Source: Eledone cirrhosa
Lineage: Eukaryota
Length of the DNA: 64,000 nucleotides
Reading direction: 5' to 3'
Assembly: GCA_964016885.1 (NCBI GenBank)
Contig: OZ024743.1
Location: 369,582,001 to 369,646,000 of the forward strand
The stretch's first letter is position 1, and each line of letters opens with the position of its first letter. Shown in pieces: positions 46,548-58,770 of this stretch. A model generated the notes under the pieces. The model worked only from the letters and a program-made list of their open reading frames with translations. It had not been told where the DNA came from and made no database searches. The translations under genes and the position numbers were made by a program.

Positions 46548-47876
46548 ATCATCATCATCATCATCATCATCATCAACGTTTAACGTCCGTGTTCCATGCT
46601 TGCATGGGTTTGGACGGGGGTAGTCCCACTTGAGGCAAGAGTGATTGTCTTGCTCGCATAGGACTGTCTGGCAGGTTTTCTACAGTTGGATGCCCTTCCT
46701 AACACCAACCACATTTACAGTGTGGGTCTGGGAGGTTTTTACCGTGTTGCCTACACGGCCACATTACAGCGTGGACTGTGTGTTTTTTTGTCGTGACACC
46801 TACACGATCTCATTTGTTTTGGCCTGGATGGCGCGGCACCAACATAACTTTACATAGAACGGGGTGGTGTGGATGGGGTGGGGGTGGTGGCGGGACAGGG
46901 TGTATTTTGTTAGAGATGCCTACTGGCAAGGCGGGTCTTCTCTGTTACTGAGTACCGCCAAAGGTCTCGGTCCAGTGACATTGTCTTGGAGAGGTGTAAG
47001 TGTGTGAGGTCGGAGTTTATCAGCTCATCCCAGGTTTTTCTAGGTCTGCCTATTCCATGGCTACCGTCTATCTTTATTGCCCTGCACTTTGTTATACAGC
47101 TATCGACTTTCATGCGCATCACGTGTCCATACCAACGCAGCCTTCTCTCGAGTAAACAACATCTGATCCCTCTTATCTCTAATTTTTTCCTTAGTTCGTT
47201 TATGCTTTGCCGTTCACGTATATTACTGTTACACATCCAGCGGAGCATGCAAGCTTCGTTCCTCTCTAGTCTGCGTATATCCTCTGCACACAATGCCCAG
47301 GTCTCACTACCATGCAACATTGCTGTTCGTATGCAGGCATCGTACAACCTGCCTTTCATTTTTAGGGTGAACCCTTTAGCAGCTAATAGTGGTATAAGCT
47401 CTCTGAACTTTTTCCAACCAGTTCTGACTCTAGCTACAGTACTTTCAGAACACCCTCCCCCACTGCTGATTTTATCGCCCAGGTAACGGAAGCTGTCCAC
47501 TATTTCTATAGAACCCTCTGCGCAATTGAAAGAGCTAGTATTTTGTGGGCACTTGCTGCTACTTATTGCACCAGAACACCGGCCACATCTAAAATCTATG
47601 TTCTTAGTTAGCTTACCTGTGATCCCACTACATCTTTTATGCACCCATACTTTGCATTTAGGACATAAAATGGAGTTTCTACCTACGCCTTTCCTACACA
47701 CCGAGCACGACCATTTCCCAAAAGAGCGTCTGTGGTACTTTTGCCTGACACAAACCCAAACTGTATTTCATCTAGGTCAATTCTCTCTCTGATTAGTTGC
47801 GCTATTACTTTTTCCGTGACCTTCATGACCTGGTCGATTAATTTAATGCCTCTTTTAAATTAATCGACCAGGTCAT
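46548..47876 (-). mobile_element. RTE LINE, same subfamily as 19516-20760, with internal deletion and terminal fold-back
   Basis: 263-aa ORF nearly identical to the 19.5-kb copy. Jump to upstream RT sequence at about 47720. 22-bp inverted repeat at 47825-47876. Confidence 0.92.
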
Positions 47877-48035
47877 AATAACCCCCTCTCTCTCTTCTTT
47901 CCAAACGTTGCAACGCTCTTTGATTTTCTTTGGCTGTAGATTGTCGTAGATTGTTTACCACCCTACTTCCATTGTTTTACTGAAAGCGTGACACACACGG
48001 CCGGACGTACGGTACACAGGTATAAGCGTATTAAT

Positions 48036-48420
48036 ATCATCATTTTACGTCCGCTTTTCCCTGCTTGCAAGTGTGGGACGGGAACTGATTCTGGCTTGAT
48101 TTCTACAGCTGGATGCCCTTCCTAACACCAACCTCATTTACAGTGAGTGCTAGGTGCTTTTATTCCGTGGCGCCTACACTTCCACTTTACAGTGTGGGCT
48201 GAGTGCTTTTTTGCCGTGGCACCTCCACGACCACTTTTGTAGTGGAATGATAGGGAACCCAGTCCCTATCATCTCATTTCTACAGCTGAGTAAACTGGAG
48301 CAATGTGAAATAAAGTGTCTTGCTCAAGGAAACAACACATCACTCGGTCTGAGAATTGAACTCACAACCTTTCGATTACAAGGCCAATGCTCTAACCACT
48401 AAGCCATGTGCCCCCACATA
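48036..48420 (-). mobile_element. Same tRNA/RTE SINE family
   Basis: Matches 13905-14250 with one more internal repeat unit. Confidence 0.85.
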
Positions 48421-48793
48421 TATAGATATTTTAAAAAAAAGAAACAGAAAAATGACACGGCTTATTTTCATATAATTTTGGAAATAATCAAGAAATTGTA
48501 GGGATTTAGTAAAATAATGTTCTCATTCACCTGGTGTTTGGAACAAAACCTAGTAAGGTTCTTACATAAAATTTAATGAAAGGTTTTTAAAATAAAAATC
48601 TTTGTATCATAGATGTGAGAGTGGTTTGGTATTCAAAGATTTACACATCAGAATCCCAAAGGCATTTATATATTTTGAGATTAACTAAAGCATCAGTGAA
48701 TATTTATATACCTATCTAATGTGTAATATTTATTGAAATTACATTAAAGATGACAGTATGGTAATTGACAAAAAGGATTCTTTTTGAGAAATG

Positions 48794-49503
48794 CAAAGCT
48801 CACTACTCTCCCTGTTTGCTGAAAATTATGTGTGTTGGATTCTAATAGAATTCCAGTAATAATGAGGAACTGATTATACAGAGCGGTCGCTGGTCCAGCA
48901 GAAATTGAAAATTAGAATTGGTGCTCTGAAATAACGATATATATATGAATGTATATATAGTGTGTTTTGCAATACATTGTATGCTTAATTAAAAGCATTT
49001 TGAAGACCATACGCTATTGTTTTAAAGTAGTGGCAATGTCACTTACTTAAATTTTCAGCAAACAGGGGAGATAAGCCGATAGATCTCTGTTTCGTACTTG
49101 TTGGTACTTATCAAAGCTCACTACTCTCCCTGTTTGCTGAAAATATGTGTGTTGGATTCTTATAGAATTCCAGTAATAATAGTCAGGAACTGATTATACA
49201 GAGCGGTTGCCGGTCTAACAGAAATTGAAAATTAGAATTGGTGCTCTGAAATAGCGATATATATATATATATGAATGTATATATAGTGTATTTTGCAATG
49301 CACTGTATGCAAAGTATGATAAGTACTGGAATTCTATAAGAATCCAACACACATAATTTTCAGCAAACAGGGAGAGTAGTGAGCTTTGATAAGTACCAAC
49401 AAGTACGAAACAGAGCTCTGTTAGCTTATCTCCCCTGTTTGCTGAAAATTTAAGTTAGTGACATTGCCATATATATCGCTATTTCAGAGCACCAATTCTA
49501 ATG
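48794..49503. mobile_element. Family B-related element: 318-bp tandem unit plus inverted arm
   Basis: CAAAGCTCAC at 48794 and 49112. About 49325-49503 is inverted. The segment GAGCGGTTGCCGGTC...TGCTCTGAAATAGCGATATATAT aligns to the reverse complement of family B. Confidence 0.8.
49381..49427 (+). ncRNA. Type I hammerhead, U3-A8 core variant
   Basis: GAGCT-TTGATAA-GTAC CAACAA GTAC-GAA-ACAGAGCTCTGT-T-AGCTT, with palindromic stem III. A second copy lies on minus at 49073-49119 (triplet AUC). Confidence 0.75.
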
Positions 49504-49846
49504 TAAATAATATATAATAAATAAAACCATTAATTTATATATTATGTATAATATAATAAATACTATGTATAAATAGATATATATTTTTTATTTTACTATA
49601 TTTATATATAATATGTATCATTTGATATTTAATATATATTATTATATAATATGTATACAATACTATAATAATATTATAAATAAAAAAATCCATAGCATCC
49701 CCCAATCCACCGCCATAAAGAGACCTTTCTACATATGCAAATATATTCTTACTCAATAAAATAATGCACAAATTTACAACACATATTGGAGAAGACAATA
49801 GTATACCACTAAAACAGCCCATCCAGATAGGTTCTTAGGGAAGGGG

Positions 49847-50200
49847 TTCAATGACAAGGATGAGTTTGGTGAATTGAAAGTAGCCTCTCAAACTCAGGCT
49901 CGTTTGTATTAAGAATAAGTCTGAGATCTCCACGTTATGTAATTCAGAGCTTGCTCCGCTGCTTTGTAAGAAGGTAGGCGACCGCACTGAATCCTCTCTC
50001 AACCAAATATGATGCTGGAAAGGGAATGAAGAATAATTTGACTTTCCTCCAGCCCTCCGGATAGCAGTCACAGATAGCCTCCTCTTGTAAATCTCCACTC
50101 TTTTCTCCACCTATGTCAATGAAGGGGTTGACAATCCATTCAGGGACTCGAAGAGCAAACATCATGAAATTGTTGCTCCATATCTTCGTGTAGTTCAGTT
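49847..50200 (-). mobile_element. hAT (Charlie-like) transposase C-terminal fragment
   Basis: WIVNPF...FFIPFPASYLVERGFSAV..LLTKQRSKL...GDLRL...HQTHPCH*. Confidence 0.82.
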
Positions 50201-50354
50201 CAGCTGCTCTGGGTGGACATTATTGGAATAAAAAATGTTTTGGATTCCTTTAAAAATGCTTGTGGACTAATTTGAAAGTGTCTCATATATAATTCATATA
50301 TATATATATATATATTTTAGTCTTCAAATTTATTATTATTACTATATATAAATA

Positions 50355-51970
50355 TCATCATCATCGTTTAACGTCTATCTTCCATGCTAGCATGTGTTTA
50401 GACGGGAAGTGTCCTTCTTGAGGCAAGATTGGTCATCTCGCTCGTATAGACTGTCTGGCAGGTTTCCTAACACCAACCACGTTTACAGTGTGGACTGGGA
50501 GGTTTTTACCATGTTACCTACACGGCCATATTACAGCGTGGACTGTGTGTTTTTTTTGTTGTGACACCTACACAACCTCATTTATTTAGGACTGAATGTT
50601 GTGGTACCAACATAACTTTACACAGAAAAAGGTGGTGTAGATGGGGGTAGGGGTAGTGGGATGGGGGTGTATTTTTGGTTAGGAGGCACCTACTGACTGT
50701 AGGTTTCGCTTTGTACTTAGGCAAGGTGGGTCTTCTGTATTACTGCGTAGCGCCAAAGATCTCGGTCCAGTGACATTGTCTTGGAGAGGTGTAAGTGTGT
50801 AAGGTCGGAATTTATCAAATCATCCCAGGTTTTTCTGGGTCTGCCTACTCCGGGGCTTCCATCTATTTTGATGGCCCTGCACTTTTTTATGCAGCTGTCG
50901 TATGTCATGCGCATCACGTGACCATACCAACGTAGTCTTTTCTCGAGTAAGCAGCACCTGATCCCTCTTATTCCTAAGTTCTCACTTAGTTCCTTTATCC
51001 TTTGCCGTTCACGTATATTACTATTACACATCCAATGGAGTATGCGAGCTTTGTTCCTCTCCAGTCTGCGTAGGCCCTCTGCACGTAATGCCCATGTCTC
51101 ACTGCCATGTAACATTGCTGTTCGTATGCAGGCATCATACAGCCTGCCTTTCATTTTTAGAGAGAAACCTTTAGCGGCTAATAGTGGTATAAGCTCTCTG
51201 AACTTTTTCCATCCCGTTCTGACTCTAGCTACTGTACTTTCAGAGCAGCCTCCACCACTGCTGATTTTGTCACCCAGGTAACGGAAGGTGTCCACTATTT
51301 CTATAGAACCATCTGTGCAATGGAATGAGCTAGTATTCTGTGGGCACTTGCTGCTACTTATTGCACCTGAGCACTGGCCGCATATAAAATCTATATTCTT
51401 CGTTAGCTTACCTCTGATCCCATTACATCTTTTATGCACCCATAAAATGGGACATAAAATGGAATTTCTACCTACTCCTTACCTACACACTGAGCATGGC
51501 CATTTCCCAGAGGGGACCAGTGCCCTGTTTTCCTTCCTACATACTAGAACTTTAGTCTTAGACAAGTTAATTTTAAGGCCTTTTGATTCTAGGCCATGCT
51601 TCCAAGTTTGGAATTTCTCCTCTAGTTCAGCCATTGATTCAGCTATGAGTGTTAGATCATCTGCGTATAGAAGTTCCCATGGGCAGCCGGTCTTGAACTC
51701 ATTTATTATAGCCTGAAGGGCAATAATAAATAGGAGGGGGCTAAGGACAGAGCCCTGATGAACATCAACTTTTACGCTAAATTCTTCTCTACATTCGTTG
51801 TTAATTCTAACCTTGCTGTTTCTTTATACATGGCTTGTATAGCTCTCACGAGCCATTCATCAACACCTAGTTTTCTAAGAGCCAGATAATGGAGCGGAGG
51901 ACTCTGTCAAAGGCTTTCTCCAAGTCAACAAAAGCTAGGTATAGGGGTTTACTTTTAGCTATGTACTTCT
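50355..51970 (-). mobile_element. RTE LINE, 5'-truncated at (TA)n
   Basis: 240-aa ORF plus upstream RT motifs ([24 protein letters not shown]). Confidence 0.92.
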
Positions 51971-52189
51971 ATATATATATATATACATATATATATAATA
52001 TATAAATTAATAAAAATAATGAATAAAAACAAAGAAACAGTTCCTTATATTAAAAAATTCATCATTTTACGATTGTTTCTAGGATATATATGTTTGTGTT
52101 GGTATGTATATCATATAGATCTATGTAAAATTTTTACAAACTTTTACATATTTTTACATACTTACACATATATATGCTGTCTTCAGAAA

Positions 52190-52253
<64 letters not shown>

Positions 52254-52455
52254 GATAACAAGTTATCATTATAGGTAATCTAGTTAAAGGTTGTGAGTAC
52301 TCTGTGTTGTGGATACCTTTAATGTACGGCTCTCTTTGACTCAACAAGATGCTTCCATAGTTATGCAGCGAGTTCGCGGTAATTTCTATGCAGGTTATAC
52401 TTGGAGTAATAATAGTTAAAGAATGAAGAGTAACATAGTGTACATAGATATCTAC

Positions 52456-52566
52456 GTACTCTGATGTGTTGACCAGATGTAAATAATGTATTGGAGATCA
52501 AATGACGCAACCTTAAGCGATTAGCGAACTCTAGACTTACCTGATCAACGAAACAATTATCAGTAC
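52456..52566 (+). ncRNA. Hammerhead-like fold with long stem II insert (core CTGATGT, A9U) in mini-element 52413-52621
   Basis: GTACT-CTGATGT-GTTGACCAG...CTGATCAAC-GAA-ACAATTAT-C-AGTAC. The element has 27-bp inverted ends (52413-52439 and 52595-52621) and abuts (AT)n. Confidence 0.55.
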
Positions 52567-52851
52567 TTTAAATAAAGCCCTTATCGTACAGCCAACTATG
52601 TTACTCTTCATTGTTTAACTATATATATATATATATATATATATCAGATAGGGTGTGGTAAAAAAAAACCAGGTGGACCATAACCCACCAGAGTACTCGA
52701 TACTTGCGGTAGTAGAGTGGGTATTATGAAATATTCAGGACCCCGATGGCTGAGCTCCGGCTGTTTCGAAAGTTAGATCCAGTTTGGATCTAGCTGTCGA
52801 AATGGGTAGAGTTCAGCCGTCGGGGTTCTGAATCCTTTCATATATACATAT

Positions 52852-53555
52852 ATTGAAGGGGGCATGTTCTGGCCTTCTGCAAGAGCATTCTGGGAGGGTT
52901 GAGCTCTTGGGGTTGGTGGTGATGTGGGCTTTCATATTTTTAGCACAGGAATAACTAAGTTTCACCCTGTGTCTATTGAAGATAGGGCTGTATTTATGAC
53001 CTGTGGGGAAGTGTTTATCTAGGAGTGCTAAGAATTTGCTACCTACATTGGTTCTAACTCTGAGGGAGAAGGGTGGGCAGAACCAAATTATTTTTTTTAT
53101 TTCTACTTCTTTTCTTGCTGGTAGTGTGATTTGGAGGGGAGTAAGAAATTTGTCAGGGAAGCTGCTGTTGTCTTCATCAACAACAGTGTAATGTATCCAC
53201 AATAGTCTAGGAAGCTGAAGTTACGTCTACTCGACTAAACCAACAACAGGAGGTCAAAACATAAGTGGGTATGACTGAGAGTCGGTTTAAAGAATGCTTC
53301 CTTAACCATGAGACGACTTTTAGACACTCAGATAAGCTATCATCTATGAAGCTGACAATCCACATATGGTTACTCAAAGATGCATACATGGCTTACTCCA
53401 TACAATGGAAAGTTCTAACCAAACTAGGCCATATGGAAATGGGAACTTGTCTTGTGGGCTGTGGATCGATGAACGAATAAATATCTTACAGAGATTATGT
53501 AATAGTACTTGTCTCATTACAAGATCTGACTTTTTTAATTGTAAGCAATATTAAA
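52852..53555. mobile_element. Penelope-like element 3' fragment with 5' inversion: RT-EN linker on minus, GIY-YIG endonuclease on plus
   Basis: Minus: IIWFCPPFS..V.TNVG.KFL.LLDKHFP....IFNR..VKLSYSC..NMK...CSCRR. Plus from about 53183: QCNVSTIV*EAEV...T*VGMTESRFKE...NHETTFR...HIWLLK...IQWKVL. Confidence 0.85.
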
Positions 53556-56500
53556 TACTTTTTATTAGAATATTGTTATGATAGCAATCTGATGTCTCTA
53601 AAGTTGAAAAGAGTTGATGAATCCGGCCTTTGGTAAAATGTAAAGTAGACATGACAAATTTTCACATTTACCGGCATGTTCACTTGCATGGGCAGATTGA
53701 CATTTACAGCCTCTCCGTTCCTCTCAATGCCCCCTTTTCTCTACCCCCACACCCTCTTAGGCCCCAGCACCCCTTGGAACTGCCCCCCCCCCCCCCCCCA
53801 GGGGTGGTAGCGGCCACTTTGAGAAACTCTGGCCTAAACTATTCTATCTTAAGAACAGGAAAGAGAAATCTGTAAAAGTAATTGCATTTAGCTCTATTGT
53901 ATTTATCCCAAATCTAGTGGGTAATATAGACAATTGAGTAAAGATAATGGGTAATATAGTGGGTAATAGTGGGTAATATAGACAATTGAGTAAAGATAAT
54001 GCAGTTAATGTGTAAATTTTGAATATCTATTCTTAGTGGGTGAGAAGAAGAGATGAACAATGTTCCACCAGGTTACAGTACTAGAATGTAAGGAGATTGG
54101 AGGAAAGCTTAGTGCAGAGTTTACTGGTTGATACATAGCAAGAATGGTTGATTTTTATGGTGATTAGTGTGATGGACTGATAGAAGTGGTATACATTCAG
54201 TTAATTAAGAGGAACGGAAAACATTGTAGCAGTAATAGAAGAAACTGAGACAGAACTATGTATATTCCTCAACTAGTGGTTGTACTATATAAATGAATAT
54301 AAATATTTTCCATGAAGTCTACAATTTTTGACTTTGTGAATAATGAGTACTATGTTGAGTGTACTTATATGCTTCATATTTGGCCACCAGTTCAGAATTG
54401 AAGTATTTTTTGACACTCAAGAAGGAATTTAACCTTTGAATTGAATGCACTGTTAGTTACTAGACTTAGCATTTGGTGGATGAGTGGGGATTTTAGCTAT
54501 TTATTATTAAGGAGTAGTGAGTGTATGGTGTGTATGCATAAGTTGATTTGTATAAATATCTGTTGCTTCTTGCTATTGAATGATACTAGGTTGTCAGGTT
54601 TCTCCAGAAAGATGTATTTAAGATTTCTGTTTGTAGAAGTTATATATGCTTGGTAGGAGGTATCAAGATTAGTGTGAATGAAGCTCTGGTAGGTGTGTAT
54701 TCCATTGTCTGCTTTGGAATGTTTGTGTGTAGCTAGAGGTGAAAGCAAGTAAGTCATTTGATGTATAAGTGAAGAAGAGTGTTTGAATATTTTTACAAAT
54801 TAATAGGTAATTCTTCTCACTGTAAACCCTGAATTTACTTGCTTTCCTGTTGAATTATCATCTCTGCTCCCTTCACACCTGCCCTGTTGCAAGATAAATG
54901 CAGTAACAAGAGCTCAGAACCTTGTTTAACATCCCAGAAACAGTAATAGGATTTGATCTGACTTCCTTCACATCTAAATCCACTTGGCCATTACAACTTT
55001 CCACATAGTGTGCTGAACACAATTTTCATGGATGTTAAATGTGAAGAAGAGATGATGTAGTGATTGGGATATACTATAAGTATTTTTGAAATCTGTTCAT
55101 CATTGACTGAGTAGTATATCTAGGTGAGTAGGCTCATCGTATACAAACAGCATATCTTAAGGGACAATCCGCCTCATCCTTCTGGCCAACTGTTTGGAAA
55201 AGACATTACCCTGAAGGACAGCGAGGGAAAGACGCTGGAACAGCCAAGACCACAAACATATTCAATCAGCATCAATCCCAGTACATGACTTGTACTTATG
55301 AATACCAAGAAGGAAAGATAACAACTATATTGATTCTGGCAGTGTTTGAACTTGGAATATAAAGGGACATAACTAAATGTTTCTGTCACTCCATCACCAA
55401 AAGTGAACTACTATTAAAAATGTAATAGCTGTAAGGATGTTTTCTATTTTTTAATGGAAATATTTGATCAAGACTAATTTAATAAATTGCTAGATATATT
55501 GATATTCTGATTCTTAAAAAGAATTAAATATTGAGCAATTGATATGATGTGAAGTGGGGAGGGGCAGAATGTGTTTTCTGTTGCTAATGTTTATTCTTGT
55601 TAGTGTATTTTTGATAAATCTCCATATTTTCGCTTATACTATCAATCCTGTATTTTCTCTTCTCTCTTCTAACCTCTCTCCTTCTCTCTTTGTTAATGCT
55701 GCACTATCTCATATTCTTTCAATTATTCTCCATTATTTTTCCCTCTAATTTCCCCTTTCTCTTGCCCAACATTTCTCTTTCTTCCATCTCACATCTCTCC
55801 TTGCTCCTATTTGTTAAATTCAGTTATACCTCTCCCTTCCTACAGCTCCACTTCTATTAAATCTCTGCCATTTTCTTCCATTTACTACAATAGATTTTAA
55901 ACTGTTCAATATCTTCTCTCAATTATCTTATTTTCATTCACAATTTATCATTATATTGTCTAACTTGATTATATATTTTTCATTTTATCAATTTCATTCC
56001 AATATTTTTTCTTTTCTTTTTTTCTTGTTCAGTACTCCCTTCCACTGAAAAAAAAAAAAAACGTTCTCCATTTCTTTCTTCTTTCTGCCTTCAATTAGAA
56101 TTTCCTCCCATATTTCATCCAATAAAAGTGGGGATGATGATTTTTTTTTCCTCTGTCGTTCATTATTTTTAACATTCCCTCTTCCATGTTACCTCTTTTT
56201 TTATTGCTAAATTCTGATCCAGATATATATCAGTAGTATTACAAGAATGGCAACCATTTTGTACTGGCTAGATAGATAATAATCTGTTTGATTAATTGCT
56301 AGGCATTTTTACCAGACATGACCAAATCTCTTTTCTCTAGCTCATATTGAAATCACTTCAAACATCTGACTTTGGGTTTGATATGAAAAGAATTTAAGAA
56401 ATAAATTACTAAAAGATACAAGTAAAAAGGACCCCTCTCCTACCCTAGATATTTAATTTTGTAATAATTTGGTCAGGTTTGTTTAATTTTGTTCACTTAG

Positions 56501-58584
56501 ATTACACTATGGCTGTTTTACACTACAATTAATACAGAAAACCATTTTTATATTTAAGTGGTTTCAGTTTTTACTGTTGTTTTTACTATCTTTGCTGTTG
56601 TTTACTATCTTCACTGTTGTTTTTACTATCTTTGTTTGTCATTTGTTTTCCTTTATTTACATGCTTACATGGGCGGGATGGTTTAATTGTTGGAAGAATT
56701 TTTGTTTTGTTTTTGTACTGTAGTAACTATTCAACTGTAAAGTAGATGAGAACCTGATTTGCTAGTTAGGCAAACTACTGTCATTAGAACTATTCACCTT
56801 GTCAGTTCCTAGTTAGGCGAACTAGAGCTAGTTTTGTTGTTTCTGGTGTTATTTTAGTTTTTTCTCTTGTGTAGTGTGTGTTGTGTTATTTTGTTGGGTG
56901 ATAAATGTGTTGTGTAATCTGTGTTATGCATGTGGCTTGTGTTGCATCTGTCTTGAGAGTTGGTTGTGTAAGTTATTGGCATTACAGTGTTGGTTATAAA
57001 TTATGTAAGAATGTATGTTGTTGGACAGCCTCTATCAGTAATAACAACTATCTTAGAAGGGTGGGAAAAATATATGCCTAAGTATGATTTTAATTAAGAA
57101 TATAATGAAGAGGCATTATGAAACACTACAAAACATTTAACCCAGTGATATTTTATTGTTTCTGACATTCTACCTTATTATTTGGAATGTTGTAGTTGAG
57201 CCTAAAGTCAGTTCATGGGTAAATTGATGAATGACCAAAATGATGCAGCAATGACCATTCAGTTTTTTTAAAGATGGTAAATTTAGCTGTTGTTTTTAGC
57301 AGGTAGATTGACCAGGTAGAGGCGTTTTCATTGGCTTACCCTCCCTTATTGGAATTTCTTATAGAGGTTGAAATAAATGATTACATTATAGCTGCAGGCT
57401 TCATGTCTTTTAAAACTATATGAATGGTTCCAAATCAAACTTAAAGGAACATTTAATCCATTTAGTAACATCTGATTTCTCTATAAGAATTCTACATTAG
57501 AGATACAGTTGGGATCGTGACTTAAAGACTGGTGCACTTGCAGGCATTCCTCATCATCTTTGTTATGTTGTTCATCATCATCGCCATCATCATTATCTTT
57601 CACTGTATTTAGAATTACTTCCCACAAATTTGAACCATATTCACTGGTTTTGCATGGCTATAGTATATTATGCCTAGGAGCAAATATGTCATTTGAAATA
57701 GTTTTTTGAGATTGATTTATTCTCTTATATATGCTTTTTATTCATTTATTAGTTTTAGTCTTTGGACTACAGCCATGCTGGCACACAGCTTCCAGTGGCT
57801 AAGTCTTCCTTGGCACAGAATGATAAAAGCATAATGGTGATAGAAGAGGGAGTGAAAGAGTGATAGACAGCTGTATGATGGGGTGTTTTTAAGTATATTG
57901 GATAGAAGCAACATGACTGAGAGGGTGACAAAGAGAAGTAGAGTGATACAAAAGAGATTAATAGAAGAGCAATAGAATAGAATCAGTGTGATGTGAGCAA
58001 GAGAGAGAGAGAGTAGTAAACAGGTACATGGTGATTGTTGATAAAGGGATTGAATAGAAGCAGCATAAGTTGCATGCCAACAAGTTATAGAGTAATAATG
58101 TGAGAGAAAAGGAGAGTGATCATCATCATTATTTAACATCCGCTTTCCCTGCTAGCAAGGGTTGAAAGGGTCTACTTAGACCAAGTCAGTGCTGAAGTGG
58201 GGGTACTGAGTTTCCAGACAGGTCATGGGAGTCTGCATCTTGCTTATGTACAGTCTTATGTTCTACCAGGTGCACAGGAGAGGTTGTTGTATTTTTGACA
58301 AAACTGAAGTGATAGATGCCAATAATGAATAGTGAAGAGGGATTAATGGGAAGGAGAAAGAAAGTGTTATGGCTAATAATAAAAAAAGGAGTGATGGCAT
58401 GAGGGAGTGTCATTGAATATGGATAGATCCAATGTCATATCATCTCTTATTACATTAGCAATGGGGAGGTGGAGGTGGGATAACGATGTTAAGGAGACAC
58501 ATTGATAGGAGCAGGAGTGTGTGATAGATATAAGAGTAATGATAAGATGGGGAGAGTGGTTTTTAGAAACTGGATATGATAATG

Positions 58585-58770
58585 ATTATTTCTACTTTTG
58601 GCACAAGGCTGGCAATTATCCCAGTGCATTACTGGTACTCTATTTTATCGACTTCGTAAGGGTGAAAGGCAAAGTTAACCTCAGCGGGATTTGAACTCAG
58701 ACCATAAAGGGCCGTAACTCTTTGCTGCAAAGCATGGCGTCCAACCCTCTACTGTTACTGCCAATCCACC
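58585..58770 (-). mobile_element. Second SINE family copy
   Basis: Matches the 3745-3936 unit. Confidence 0.8.

Larger units (their letters stand above)
46297..48428. mobile_element. Putative Helentron-associated (HINE/DINE-1-like) element split by nested RTE and SINE insertions
   Basis: Start ACGAGCTGGACCCGT...ACGGAT, minisatellite TATTATAACCCCCTCTCTC on both sides of the RTE, end ACACACGGCCGGACG...TATTAATAT[SINE]ATATAGAT. Confidence 0.5.

Noticed and set aside
52487-52541. RUGA...GA motif as a SECIS element
   Set aside because: The helix above the putative core is only about 3 bp, far shorter than SECIS helix II.
54000-54800. Possible highly degenerate CR1-like LINE on minus
   Set aside because: Only faint motif resemblance; not supportable by eye.
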